The translations under genes were made by a program, and so were the position numbers. Shown here in pieces: positions 11,215 through 21,479 of a DNA stretch of 64,000 bases; position 1 is the stretch's first letter; each line of letters begins with the position of its first letter. The stretch is from the NCBI GenBank assembly GCA_963666285.1, contig OY762711.1; one strand, given 5' to 3'. This DNA is from Sedimentisphaerales bacterium. GTDB taxonomy: Bacteria; Planctomycetota; Phycisphaerae; Sedimentisphaerales; SM23-30. A model generated the notes under the pieces. The model searched no databases, was not told where the DNA came from, and saw only the letters and a list, made by a program, of their open reading frames with translations.

Positions 11215-11246
11215 ATCGTGAAAAGAATCAAAATGTTACAAATAAC

Positions 11247-11275
11247 ACTCAAGCTGGCCATCGGTCAGTTTGAGT
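11247..11275. repeat. REP-like palindrome / bidirectional hairpin between convergent genes
   Basis: ACTCAAGCTGGCCATCGGTCAGTTTGAGT hairpin; reverse complement nearly identical to 55650..55677. Confidence 0.65.
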
Positions 11276-11278
11276 CTG

Positions 11279-11910
11279 TTATTGGTATGCCTCAATGGCA
11301 CCGGCAACTCCCGTTATAACCATCTGGACACCAATAACACCAAGAATTAGCCCCATAATACGCGTAATTACGCTTAGCCCGGTCTCGCCGAGATATTGGA
11401 CCAGACGCTCTCCGTATATGAAAAACATATATGTTATCCAGCATAATACTCCGAAGGCCGCGATAGTAATCAGCATCTCCACTATCCCTCCTGAAGCCGT
11501 ATAGTTCATGGTCGTTGTAATTGTACCCGGTTCGGCAAGAATAGGCATCGCCAGGGGAGATATTGCAATACTAAGCTTCGCCTCCAGGGACGACTGCTGA
11601 CCAGTACCCGGCTGATGGACCGGTGATTGCTCGCCATGCAGCATATGATAACCAATCAACACCACTAATCCGCCGCCCATAATCCGAAAAGCCGGTAGAG
11701 TAATACCAAACAAATGGAAAATCAACTTACCCATCAAGGCAAAAAAACAACTATAATAAACGTATAAATAAGGGATTTAGCAGCAATAGTTTTTCTAACC
11801 TGGCTTGAGTCATCAGAAGTCAATCCTAGAAAGATTGGTGTGTTTGCAATTGGATTCATTATTGCAAAAAATCCCATAAATACCGATAGAATATGCTGTA
11901 TTAACTCCAT
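11279..11910 (-). pseudogene. marC: MarC-family membrane protein, frameshifted
   Basis: ATG at 11910 gives MELIQHILSVFMGFFAIMNPIANTPIFLGLT.., which stops after A7 run 11741..11747. The C-half (PLAMPILAEPGTI, TRIMGLIL) is in another frame; A8 would join them. Confidence 0.8.
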
Positions 11911-11949
11911 TGTTTTACTTTACTATAACATATTGTCTGAAAAATAGTT

Positions 11950-12321
11950 CTAGTCACCCACCAACGGCCTGACCTTCTCTACCTTAAAGTACACGGCACT
12001 GCCGGCTGTACCACATTCTTCATTATGTCTTTTACGCCTTCTCAAAGATTCGACAAATTCAGGATCATTATCCTCTTTTATCTTACTGAGATACAGCCGC
12101 TTTCCCTTATAACCATCTGCATCTTCAATAAACATATATGATGCCTGGGGATTAGCCTGCAAATTGGAATAACTCAGCCTGTTAGCCATTATCAGCACAA
12201 TAGTTTCGTCATCGACAACATGCGGGCGGGCATACAACGCCTGGTCAACTTCTCCATCTGAGTTAGAAGTCGCCAGTATCCCAATGCCTTTCAACGATTC
12301 AAAATATTCAGATAAATTCAT
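11950..12321 (-). CDS. Pyridoxamine 5'-phosphate oxidase-like FMN-binding protein
   Basis: 123 aa; GILATSNSDGEVD.A.YARP, NLQANPQA pattern. Confidence 0.8.
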   Translation of the reverse strand: MNLSEYFESLKGIGILATSNSDGEVDQALYARPHVVDDETIVLIMANRLSYSNLQANPQASYMFIEDADGYKGKRLYLSKIKEDNDPEFVESLRRRKRHNEECGTAGSAVYFKVEKVRPLVGD

Positions 12322-12497
12322 ACTGTTATTCCTTTACGAAATTCCATATTAACGGTTCATTACACTGTCCATTTTGATTGTAGAGCCAAACAAATGAATA
12401 TTTCCATTAGTTTTTAGAAATAATTCAGCATTACATAGACATGAATATTTGTCACCTTCTGTAAAATTCAGTAAAAAGATAAGGAATATTGTATAAT

Positions 12498-12703
12498 GGG
12501 CAGGAAGCCATATATCTGGTAGTAAACCTTAACCAGTAAGACGTACAGCTGTGGCGGGCCGTTCTTGCACAATAGCACTTCTTAGTAGCTGGCAATTTAA
12601 AAATAATATTTTCACTTTTTTCCCCACGCCTGGTGCTTCAACATGGGTTGTGGTCGCACATGTTATACTCCCGGCAGAGTTGATATATCCAGCTTCACTG
12701 CCC
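12498..12703 (-). ncRNA. Putative structured ncRNA downstream of DIP1984-family gene
   Basis: Ends pair: GGGCAGuGAAGCU..AUAUAUC with GAUAUAU-GGCUUCCUGCCC; internal hairpins; starts 6 nt after the stop codon; GC-rich versus flanks. Confidence 0.6.
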
Positions 12704-12709
12704 GTATCA

Positions 12710-13165
12710 TTACTTCAATTCAGTATGCCAGTTACATTCCTGTATTTTGCTGTCGAGCTGACGATACTCCTTGGCAACGTCATCGGCCATTTTTCGAATC
12801 TGGCTTATTTCTACATTTGGAACGTCTCGAATTTCTCGCTGGCTGTAACGGTCATTAGTAGGTGTCGCTTTGTCGGCAAGATTAGTTAAAATGAAATGAC
12901 GATAATTCAGCATATCCTTTTTGACGATGGCTTCCATCATACTCAAATCTTCGGTAACAAATGCAGCATTATTAGTTCTATTTATCCTGGCGACCAGCTG
13001 TTCAAACTTTACGCTCTCCTTTTTAAGCTCGGCAATCAACTCCAGTGGGTTTTCAATCGCCTGTGTACCCTCCTGGATTTTGGCATTCTGATATATACGC
13101 TTTTTCAACTCCTCCATTTTCGTCTTGATGGCCTTACGTTCAATCAAAGCTTCTGCTAATTTCAT
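12710..13165 (-). CDS. DIP1984-family (septicolysin-annotated) helical protein
   Basis: MKLAEALIER..NAKIQEG..P..INRTN..RYSQREI..D.KIQECNW.TEL family pattern; probable start ATG 13165 (151 aa). Confidence 0.85.
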   Translation of the reverse strand: MKLAEALIERKAIKTKMEELKKRIYQNAKIQEGTQAIENPLELIAELKKESVKFEQLVARINRTNNAAFVTEDLSMMEAIVKKDMLNYRHFILTNLADKATPTNDRYSQREIRDVPNVEISQIRKMADDVAKEYRQLDSKIQECNWHTELK

Positions 13166-13551
13166 ATAATCCGTGTTTTGCTCACGCAGAGCAAGGGCTC
13201 GCACCCTGATAAATGTTAATATTGAACCAAAAGTTTATCTGAAAAATCCTGATTAACCAGTAAAAAATTATTTCCACATTCAACTAATTCTAACAAAAAG
13301 AAAATGCTGTGTCAAACCATTCCTGCACTGCATTGGACGCAGGATTATGCCCCAACGTGATGCAAAAATCCAGTTCTACAGTAATTTTCCCTCGTTTTGA
13401 AAACTGAGATATAGGACAAGTGCTGATAACCTACCCTGTTTTACAAAAAATGCACCACTTGGCCTTATTCACTAGTCAAATATTCAATTTCTTAACCGCA
13501 CTGATATTATTGAGAAAGAAACCTGACATATACAATTCAGGTTTCTTTATT

Positions 13552-14355
13552 TTATACTTTAATTCTTTTTCTGATAAGTATTCCCCCTGCGGTCATCAAA
13601 ATAATACTCAGAGGCTCAGGTACAACATATGCTATTCCTCTAATATCGAGATCGGGGGCTTCGATTCTAGTACCAGGAATAGCAAGGCCGGTACTAACAT
13701 CTACCTCAACAAAAATATATTCCCTTTCTTTGTTATCATTGTTATAATCCGAGCCAAAAGCAAAAAGTCGACCATCAGGCGTAAAGGCAATGGAATATAC
13801 AGAAGTCAAAATAGGAACATTTGAATTACCAACTTGAAATGTCTCTCCTGTTTCAGTATCAATTGTAAAAATTTTACCTAATGCCGTTCCATATAATACT
13901 CCTGTTGGACTAAAGTCTAAACCTTGGCATCCTCCAGTATCTGTAAAATTAGAAATTTTACGAAATGTGCTATTTTCTAAATCTATTACTCCCAATTCGT
14001 GATTGGATTTGACTCTACATACAAAGAGTTCATTATTACTATTAAATGCCATAGCACGGATAGGATAATCTGCAAAATCGCTTAAATTAGTATAATATTG
14101 CGTATCTCCAGTATATGGGTCTATCTCGAAAAAGCCTTCATTATATGAATCACAATAATATTTCCCATTTGGGGCCTGAGCTAAAGAGTTCAAGCCAGGT
14201 GGTAAATCTGTTCGAACCTGAACTGCCTGACCAAGCTCAGTATCTATGCGTACAAACTCACCATCATAACTAACACCAATAAAAATTGACGCAAATCCAA
14301 GGTTGTATATCAACAATAAACTTAAAATAAAATACTTAACCATATTCATTCTCAC
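13552..14355 (-). CDS. PEP-CTERM surface protein, beta-propeller-like
   Basis: C-terminus VPEP-LSIILMTAGGILI-RKRIKV; repeated LAF/DFSPxG.LY blades; signal peptide. Confidence 0.8.
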   Translation of the reverse strand: MRMNMVKYFILSLLLIYNLGFASIFIGVSYDGEFVRIDTELGQAVQVRTDLPPGLNSLAQAPNGKYYCDSYNEGFFEIDPYTGDTQYYTNLSDFADYPIRAMAFNSNNELFVCRVKSNHELGVIDLENSTFRKISNFTDTGGCQGLDFSPTGVLYGTALGKIFTIDTETGETFQVGNSNVPILTSVYSIAFTPDGRLFAFGSDYNNDNKEREYIFVEVDVSTGLAIPGTRIEAPDLDIRGIAYVVPEPLSIILMTAGGILIRKRIKV

Positions 14356-14809
14356 TTCTCTTGAGAGTTAAATTCAATAAAAGCTGATTTCCTCTATATA
14401 AAGCATTATACCAAAGTATAATAGACTTTAAAATAAAGAATCTGAAGGGTAAACAAAATAGTCACGTTCCCTTTTTCTTAAAATTCGATACTACAAGCAT
14501 TTACACTTACCCTATGTGCCAGATTTCAGACATTGCTTCATACAAACATACTGTAATACAATTTGCTATATTAACATTAAATACCTGCCGCTACGCGGCT
14601 TTTCTTACCTGACACCTTCCTTTCAACATCCACCACATAATACCTCATACCAGTACAAACTAACCAGCGAAATATTGGGCAAAATGACATATAGACAAAT
14701 GGCTCTAAATATAGATAATTTAGTAAGAATTTTTTTTTAAGATTTTGTAACTTTATATACCAAAGTAAGTATAATATAAAAACACTTATTTGGCCGTGGA
14801 GTAAAACAA

Positions 14810-15187
14810 ATGGACTGCCCAGCATGTAAAAACCCTATGATGATACTTGAATTGCACCAGGTTGAAATTGACTTTTGCGATGAATGTGAAGGTATTTGGC
14901 TGGATGGCGGCGAACTGGAAATGCTCTTGAGTATGGCTGAAAGCTTTATTAAGCTCACCCCGGCTGAAAATACCAAAGAATCGCCCAGAAAATGCCCTAT
15001 TTGTTCAACAAAAATGAGCAAGGTAAATTTCGACACCGGCAGCACTCCAGTACTACTGGACAAATGCCCGGACGGTCATGGCATATGGTTTGACTCAGGC
15101 GAATTGAAAACTGTTGTAAAAAACGCCGGTGGTAAAAACCACCCGGTAGTGAAATTACTGGATGAAATGTTTGGATTGTCGGAATAA
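14810..15187 (+). CDS. zf-TFIIB-like double zinc-ribbon protein
   Basis: Two CPxC...C..C.GIWLD.GEL repeats. Confidence 0.85.
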   Translation: MDCPACKNPMMILELHQVEIDFCDECEGIWLDGGELEMLLSMAESFIKLTPAENTKESPRKCPICSTKMSKVNFDTGSTPVLLDKCPDGHGIWFDSGELKTVVKNAGGKNHPVVKLLDEMFGLSE

Positions 15188-15243
15188 TATGTGAATTTTT
15201 GAGAAATCTGACTAATTATAAATCTTAAGGAAGGCAGGTTAAT

Positions 15244-15801
15244 ATGATAGCTCTATACATTATTTTAGGCATAATTGTTGTTTTGATCTTTTTCGTCATT
15301 GGTATTTACAACTCACTTGTCGGGCTCAGAAATCAGGTCAAAAATGCATGGTCACAAATAGATGTACAGCTGAAACGCCGTTATGATCTAATCCCGAACC
15401 TGGTCGAAACTGCCAAGGCATATATGACCCATGAAAGAGGTACTTTTGAGGCTATTACGCGTGCCAGGGCTGGTGCCATGCAGGCTGAAGGTGTTGCTGA
15501 CAAGGCAAAAGCTGAAAATGCTCTAACCAGTGCTGTAGGTAACTTTATGCTGGCTGTTGAGGCATACCCTGACCTGAAAGCTAACCAAAACTTCATGATG
15601 GTACAGGAAGAATTGGGTTCTACTGAAAATAAAATTGCTTTTTCACGACAGGCTTACAATGACTCTGTTTTATTCTTCAATAATAAAATTGAAATGTTCC
15701 CGTCAAATGTCGTTGCCGGTATGTTTAACTTCAAACAGGCTGAAATGTTCGAGCTGGAAGAACCGGAAGCAAGAAATGCACCAAAGGTTGATTTTAGCTG
15801 A
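15244..15801 (+). CDS. lemA: LemA family protein
   Basis: N-terminal TM; YNSLV..AWSQIDVQLKRRYDLIPNLV; EAYPDLKANQNF; ENKIAFSRQAYN. Confidence 0.95.
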   Translation: MIALYIILGIIVVLIFFVIGIYNSLVGLRNQVKNAWSQIDVQLKRRYDLIPNLVETAKAYMTHERGTFEAITRARAGAMQAEGVADKAKAENALTSAVGNFMLAVEAYPDLKANQNFMMVQEELGSTENKIAFSRQAYNDSVLFFNNKIEMFPSNVVAGMFNFKQAEMFELEEPEARNAPKVDFS

Positions 15802-15831
15802 TTATTATGCTTGATCTAAAAAAACATTAAA

Positions 15832-15992
15832 GGTAACCTCTGAAAATTGCTTTTGATGCGATAGATTAAGATTTTGTTTGCTGAAAAGGAATATAAAATC
15901 GTGCATATTGGGATATATTCACTGTTTTATATGACACATGTCTGCAGGCAAAAGAAAAACTTGTCGCTCAAAATGAATTTTCAGAGGGTGCC
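15832..15992. mobile_element. MITE-like element between lemA and htpX
   Basis: Terminal inverted repeats GGTAACCTCTGAAAATT / AATTTTCAGAGGGTGCC; TAAA 4-bp direct repeat on both sides; no ORF. Confidence 0.7.
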
Positions 15993-16038
15993 TAAATACA
16001 TAGAACAGTTAACCCTTTAAGACAAAATAATTATACCT

Positions 16039-17430
16039 ATGTGGGAACTAATAAGAGCAAATAAAAAGAAATCTATCTTCCTAGTAGTCATAATGGCATT
16101 TATAATGCTGATTTTAGGCGCCTTAGTCGGACAGGCATTTGGCCTGTACGTCCATGCCGGTCACCTGGCAGGAGACACATTCAATACATACTCAGATGCC
16201 CTGGAAGGAAAAGATTTCACAAATACAGGTCCTTTTTCTTTGTCTGGATTTTTTAGATCATTTATCGATAATCCTTCCTGGATGATAGGCATGGGTATTG
16301 CTTTTATTATTTGGCTTATCCAGGCCCTGGTAGCCTATTATGCCGGCGGTAAGATAATGCTGGCAGCAAGCGGCGCCAAAGAAGTCAGCCACGACGTACA
16401 CCCAATGTTGTTTAACGTGGTTGATGAAATGACAATCGCGTCAGGAATAGGTAAAAGACCTAAGATATATATTATCCCTACTGAAGTGCCAAATGCTTTT
16501 GCTACTGGTACAAAACCGGAAAACGCCGCTGTTGCCGTTACCGCCGGTCTCCTGGGAAAACTCAATAGAGATGAACTTCAGGGCGTAATGGCGCACGAAA
16601 TCGGACATATTGCTAACAGGGATGTTATGTTCATGACAATGGTTAGTATTATGCTCGGTACCATTGTATTAATATCTGAAGTATTTCTTAGAGGCATTTT
16701 CTATTCCAGCCACAGCAGATATCGCGGCAAACGTGAAAATAACGGTGGCCAGGCCATCATAATGATTATTGCAGTTATTTTTGCTATTCTTGCTCCTATC
16801 ATTGCACAACTCGTTTATTTTGCTATAAGCAGAAAACGCGAATATCTGGCAGATGCTACCGCTGTTCGTTACACCCGATATCCAGAAGGGCTGGCCTCTG
16901 CACTTGAAAAAATCGCTGACAATTCTGGAAAAATTGAATCCGCGAACAAAATAACAGCCCCCATGTATATCAATAACCCTCTTAACAAAAGAAGCTTATC
17001 AGGGCTTACCAGCACACACCCCCCTATTGACAAAAGGATAGCTATCCTTAGAAAGCTTTCTGGTGACTCAGGATACAATGCCTATGAAAAGGCTTTTCAA
17101 AGTGTCACCCATTCCAGCTGTATCCCTGCCTCAGCTTTGGATGATTCAGATAATGTAACAACCAGGACTGCACAAACTACAACCCGGCCATTACCTTCAG
17201 ATAGCATCAATGCCGCACGCAGTACGGGTGATATGATCATGGCACTAAACAACTTTGCATTTATCAAATGTGCCTGTGGTGTTAAATTAAAAATTCCGCC
17301 GGATTTTAAGAAACCACAGGCAAAATGCCCCAAATGTAAAGCCATACATAAGATACCAAAGGAAAAACTTGCAGCGGCAGCAGCGATTCTTGCTTCTACC
17401 GGCAATAATATAACTGGAATGAATAAGTAA
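16039..17430 (+). CDS. htpX: HtpX-like M48 zinc metalloprotease with C-terminal zinc ribbon
   Basis: PNAFATG, AHEIGH, SRKREYLAD, STHPP; C-terminal CAC..CPKC. Confidence 0.9.
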   Translation: MWELIRANKKKSIFLVVIMAFIMLILGALVGQAFGLYVHAGHLAGDTFNTYSDALEGKDFTNTGPFSLSGFFRSFIDNPSWMIGMGIAFIIWLIQALVAYYAGGKIMLAASGAKEVSHDVHPMLFNVVDEMTIASGIGKRPKIYIIPTEVPNAFATGTKPENAAVAVTAGLLGKLNRDELQGVMAHEIGHIANRDVMFMTMVSIMLGTIVLISEVFLRGIFYSSHSRYRGKRENNGGQAIIMIIAVIFAILAPIIAQLVYFAISRKREYLADATAVRYTRYPEGLASALEKIADNSGKIESANKITAPMYINNPLNKRSLSGLTSTHPPIDKRIAILRKLSGDSGYNAYEKAFQSVTHSSCIPASALDDSDNVTTRTAQTTTRPLPSDSINAARSTGDMIMALNNFAFIKCACGVKLKIPPDFKKPQAKCPKCKAIHKIPKEKLAAAAAILASTGNNITGMNK

Positions 17431-17457
17431 TTTTATCCATTCCAGCACACTTAAGTA

Positions 17458-20400
17458 TTATTCAAATAAATTGGTTATTTCATCACCAGTCAGGCCTTTG
17501 TTATAAATTTTCACTTCATCAATTATCCCTTTGAAATAACCAACCGGGGTCTGAACTCCGGGTTCCATGTCGCTATCATATGCTCCAACCAGAACATCTT
17601 CTGTAAATGCGGTATCAATTACCGCATCTAAACCAGCGGCATTAGTCTCTATCTCTGCTCCATCAACATAAAGCTTAACCTGGTTTATATTGCCTGTACC
17701 ATCCGGTAGTACCATTGCCACATGATGCCAGGTACCATCTTCCAGATCTGAACCTCCATACAGTCGAGCACCGTAGATTGCCAATGACAATTGCCCGGCT
17801 GAATCCAGCATTAAAATCATCTTCCTTTTCAGATCAACTGAATCCCCTTTTCCCCACGACGCTATGGCATGTAAACCTGTTTCGCTGTTTGCCAGTTCTG
17901 CATCTGCATTTATCCAGGCGGTAATGGTTCTTGATTGAGCATCACCAATTCCGTAGAAATCTGCAACCTGAATATAATCGTCAACACCATCAAATGACAA
18001 GCCACCGTTAAAATATCCTGATATCCAGGCAGGACCATTCATAAGCTGAGCTGTTCGATGGTAAAGTGAACTTCCCAGGGCAACATCGCCGCCGGTTTCA
18101 TCGAACTTCAGATATAACTGTAAAGTATCATCTTCCACCCATGTTTGAGACATAATAGACATATCTGACAAGGAAACAGTATTATCACCGTCCAGACTGG
18201 CACCGTTACAGGCCGGAGTATCATCGCAATTATTTTGCAGCCATTGGGATGCCATGCCGGACAGATCTTCTATTCCCTGTGTTCCTGAATAGAGATTTGC
18301 CACCTCAATATGCAGTTGGGCAGTATCAAAAGAACCGGACTTATTATCAGCCCGAACGGTAAATGTATTAGTACCGGCATCTGAGTCACCTGCAATACCA
18401 GATAAAGAACCATCGGGAGATATATGCAGCCAGGACGGGCCAGATTCCTTAATAAAGTAAACATAATTTTCCGCATAAGCAGCCAGTGAAGTGCCAGTAT
18501 ATTCATTAAGCTCAATAGCATCTAAATTTACAATAGTATCTGAGGTAAATGATGGCGGAAGACTCAGCAAGGCAATCTCATCAACGCTTAATGCGTAATT
18601 ATATATACGAAAATCATCTATCCTGCCGTTAAATAACGGGTCTGAAGACCATTGGCTGTCACCTATATAATTAACCTGTGGATTGAAATCACTAGGATTA
18701 ATCGTCATTGAAGCATTTGTGGCTTTGAGAATACCATTTACATAAATACTACCAGTATCACCATTTATAGTTACTGCAACATGTGTCCATGCACCAGTTG
18801 ATAATCCAGTGGTTTCTACTAGCTGTTCCGATCCTCCATTTTTGAAAGCGAATCTTAAAGTATTGCTCGAAGATGAAGGTGTCAGAAACATATAGCTGGA
18901 AGTTCCATTACCAAAATCAAATATACGCTGCCAGTTGCTGCCGCCATCCCAATACACCCAGGTTGCGATAGAAATATTCTCAGTATCAAAAATGCCAGCC
19001 GGTAAAATAACATAGTCACTTGAGCCATCAAGATCTATCGCTGTCCCTATCTTGCCAGTTGTATAGCCTGGTGAACCAACGGAAGTTCCATCATTTGATC
19101 CAGCAATATCTTTATCATTACCATCAAAAGGATATTCAGCAATCATTGAATAAATATAATCAACTGATATATTCAATATAGCTTGATCAAAGCCAAATTT
19201 ACCATCAGACACTCTGATAATAAATGTATTAAGGCCTGAATCCGTTACCGTGGGAGTACCTGATAGAGTCCCATCCACGGCAACATCCAACCAGGCTGGA
19301 CCAGATATTTTACTGAATGAAATCTCATCTGAATTATCTGAATCTGCTGCAAAGCCCGATATATCCCCCGAATAAGGAAAATCAGGAGTAGCGTCTCCGC
19401 CATCTAAAACGTCTAAACTAAACTGAGGAGCATGATTTAAGTATATTTCAGATATTTTAGATGCTGAAAGGGCATAATCAGCAAAAAATACATTGTCAAG
19501 CATTCCATCAAAAAGAGGATCTGCATCAAACTGGCTTTTACCAATATAATTATTTACAGCACTAAGGTTTGAAGGATTCAAAGTTATTGTTTCTACATCA
19601 ACTTGTGAGCCGTTTACATAAAGACGACCAACATTACCTTCAAGAGTAACAGCCACATGCGTCCATTTCCCAACTGGAAACGACCCCGACTCTAATCGCT
19701 GCTCACCATTATACCCTGAAGTAGAAATTGCAAATCTTAATTGAGAACTATACGCACTAGGAGTAATAAACATATAATTACTGGTACCGGAACCAAAGTC
19801 AAATACACGCTGCCACTGTGATCCGCCATTCCAATAAACCCACCCGGAAAATGAGAAGTCATCACTATTACCCATATTAGTTGGCAATCTGAGATAATCA
19901 TCATTACCATCTAATACAATAGCGTTGCCATCTTTACCTTCAGGCTTTTTGGGAGCTCCATATACTAATGGATGATTCCCATTTACTGAGATATCTCTAA
20001 AATTATCATCAAATAAATAGAAAGCAATTGCTTTTGAACCATTATCAGGAACCTCCTGCTGATACCCTATAGAAGATATTTTATCCCGATACACTTCACC
20101 GGCCGAGGTTAAAGAACCATCATCCCATTCAACCCTGCGTACATCTTCTACCCAGTTATACAAAGCATATCGTTCAACCCATGGAGTACTCTCAAGCATA
20201 TCAACCATAGCACTAATTGCAGCTGCCTGCTGGGCATACGTCGGATCACTACAATAATCTTGAGTCCAGTTAGCTCCGTTATTCCATTCTGTAACCCAGA
20301 TCGGCCTTCCGGTATTATCATGAACTGCCTTTAAATAATTATACATCTGGGTAGCTGCTCCGCTTGCATTTGAAGGGCTATAACACCAGTAATAATGAAC

Positions 20401-21465
20401 AGCAACAAAGTCTACCCTGAGATCATCTGTGTCAGCCTGTTCAATAAAAGGATACAACCAGCTTTCTCGTCCACCATCAGTTGTAGCTGGTGAACCAAGT
20501 CGTAAACCTGTTGCAAGCAAATCCGGCCATGACCAGATTGCATCACCAACAGCAATATTTGCCTGATCTGAGCTATCAGGCTCATTATACCCTAACAAAT
20601 GCGTCGCCCCACGAGTTTTCCAGTCCTGAGACAACTCCGGCCACCATCTCTTTTGACGGATAGGGACATATTCTTTATCTAAAGGGGAATTCTGGTCAAG
20701 ATTCCAATCATACCACCATTTAATATCTAAATTAGAACCAATATTACCGGCAATCCCTTTTTTACTAACCCATCGCCAGGGAAAGATTCTAATAAATCTT
20801 ACCTGCCCCTTAAGCTTTTCAGGTAAAACTCCTATTTCAAGGTCACAATCCTGGGCAACATAATTTTTGCTATAGCCTGAACCATCTTCGTTTTGGGCGA
20901 AGGTAGCGGTATACCCTCTTTTTAATATGAATGAACTAATTGTAGATGACATAGAACCCAAAGAAGCTGTGCCATATTCAGTATATTGACTAAGATACCT
21001 GAAAGAGCCGGCAAAATTGTCTTCGTCAAATATCTGCAAAGGCATAAAATCTGTTGAATGCGGTATAATAACAGCACCATCGGCATACTGCACAACTCGA
21101 ACATTGTTATTAATAACACCCTGACTGCCATTTACTTTAACCTGGCCAAGGTACGATGATGCCGCAACAGATGGTATAATATTTTCCAAAAACAGCCAGG
21201 AATCTTCTGAGTTAAGATTAATAGTGCATCCGCTAAGCGGGGAAGTTGCATTAGTAACATGCAACTCTGAAACCTCGCTCATATCTACTACCGTATCAGT
21301 TAAACTGGCATAAACCCGTATATCATCTGAAATAGATATTGTTGCAGCTGATACACTTAATGTTAACAAACAAATAATTATTAATATGTTTTTTATATTG
21401 AATAATACAGAATTGTAATATGTATTATTTTTATTTTTACTTATTCTATCCATCTCTATTCTCAC
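17458..21465 (-). CDS. Secreted multidomain GH128-like glucanase with 3 LamG, Ig-like and dockerin-like modules
   Basis: LLGYNEPD / IWVTEW catalytic motifs; WQRVFDFG LamG repeats; GPAWL..DGTLSGTP repeats. Confidence 0.75.
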   Translation of the reverse strand: MRIEMDRISKNKNNTYYNSVLFNIKNILIIICLLTLSVSAATISISDDIRVYASLTDTVVDMSEVSELHVTNATSPLSGCTINLNSEDSWLFLENIIPSVAASSYLGQVKVNGSQGVINNNVRVVQYADGAVIIPHSTDFMPLQIFDEDNFAGSFRYLSQYTEYGTASLGSMSSTISSFILKRGYTATFAQNEDGSGYSKNYVAQDCDLEIGVLPEKLKGQVRFIRIFPWRWVSKKGIAGNIGSNLDIKWWYDWNLDQNSPLDKEYVPIRQKRWWPELSQDWKTRGATHLLGYNEPDSSDQANIAVGDAIWSWPDLLATGLRLGSPATTDGGRESWLYPFIEQADTDDLRVDFVAVHYYWCYSPSNASGAATQMYNYLKAVHDNTGRPIWVTEWNNGANWTQDYCSDPTYAQQAAAISAMVDMLESTPWVERYALYNWVEDVRRVEWDDGSLTSAGEVYRDKISSIGYQQEVPDNGSKAIAFYLFDDNFRDISVNGNHPLVYGAPKKPEGKDGNAIVLDGNDDYLRLPTNMGNSDDFSFSGWVYWNGGSQWQRVFDFGSGTSNYMFITPSAYSSQLRFAISTSGYNGEQRLESGSFPVGKWTHVAVTLEGNVGRLYVNGSQVDVETITLNPSNLSAVNNYIGKSQFDADPLFDGMLDNVFFADYALSASKISEIYLNHAPQFSLDVLDGGDATPDFPYSGDISGFAADSDNSDEISFSKISGPAWLDVAVDGTLSGTPTVTDSGLNTFIIRVSDGKFGFDQAILNISVDYIYSMIAEYPFDGNDKDIAGSNDGTSVGSPGYTTGKIGTAIDLDGSSDYVILPAGIFDTENISIATWVYWDGGSNWQRIFDFGNGTSSYMFLTPSSSSNTLRFAFKNGGSEQLVETTGLSTGAWTHVAVTINGDTGSIYVNGILKATNASMTINPSDFNPQVNYIGDSQWSSDPLFNGRIDDFRIYNYALSVDEIALLSLPPSFTSDTIVNLDAIELNEYTGTSLAAYAENYVYFIKESGPSWLHISPDGSLSGIAGDSDAGTNTFTVRADNKSGSFDTAQLHIEVANLYSGTQGIEDLSGMASQWLQNNCDDTPACNGASLDGDNTVSLSDMSIMSQTWVEDDTLQLYLKFDETGGDVALGSSLYHRTAQLMNGPAWISGYFNGGLSFDGVDDYIQVADFYGIGDAQSRTITAWINADAELANSETGLHAIASWGKGDSVDLKRKMILMLDSAGQLSLAIYGARLYGGSDLEDGTWHHVAMVLPDGTGNINQVKLYVDGAEIETNAAGLDAVIDTAFTEDVLVGAYDSDMEPGVQTPVGYFKGIIDEVKIYNKGLTGDEITNLFE

Positions 21466-21479
21466 TCCAGTTAAAAATA

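Noticed and set aside
12551..12889. Plus-strand ORFs of 112 and 71 aa
   Set aside because: Antisense to the DIP1984 gene and overlapping the structured RNA; no recognisable motifs.
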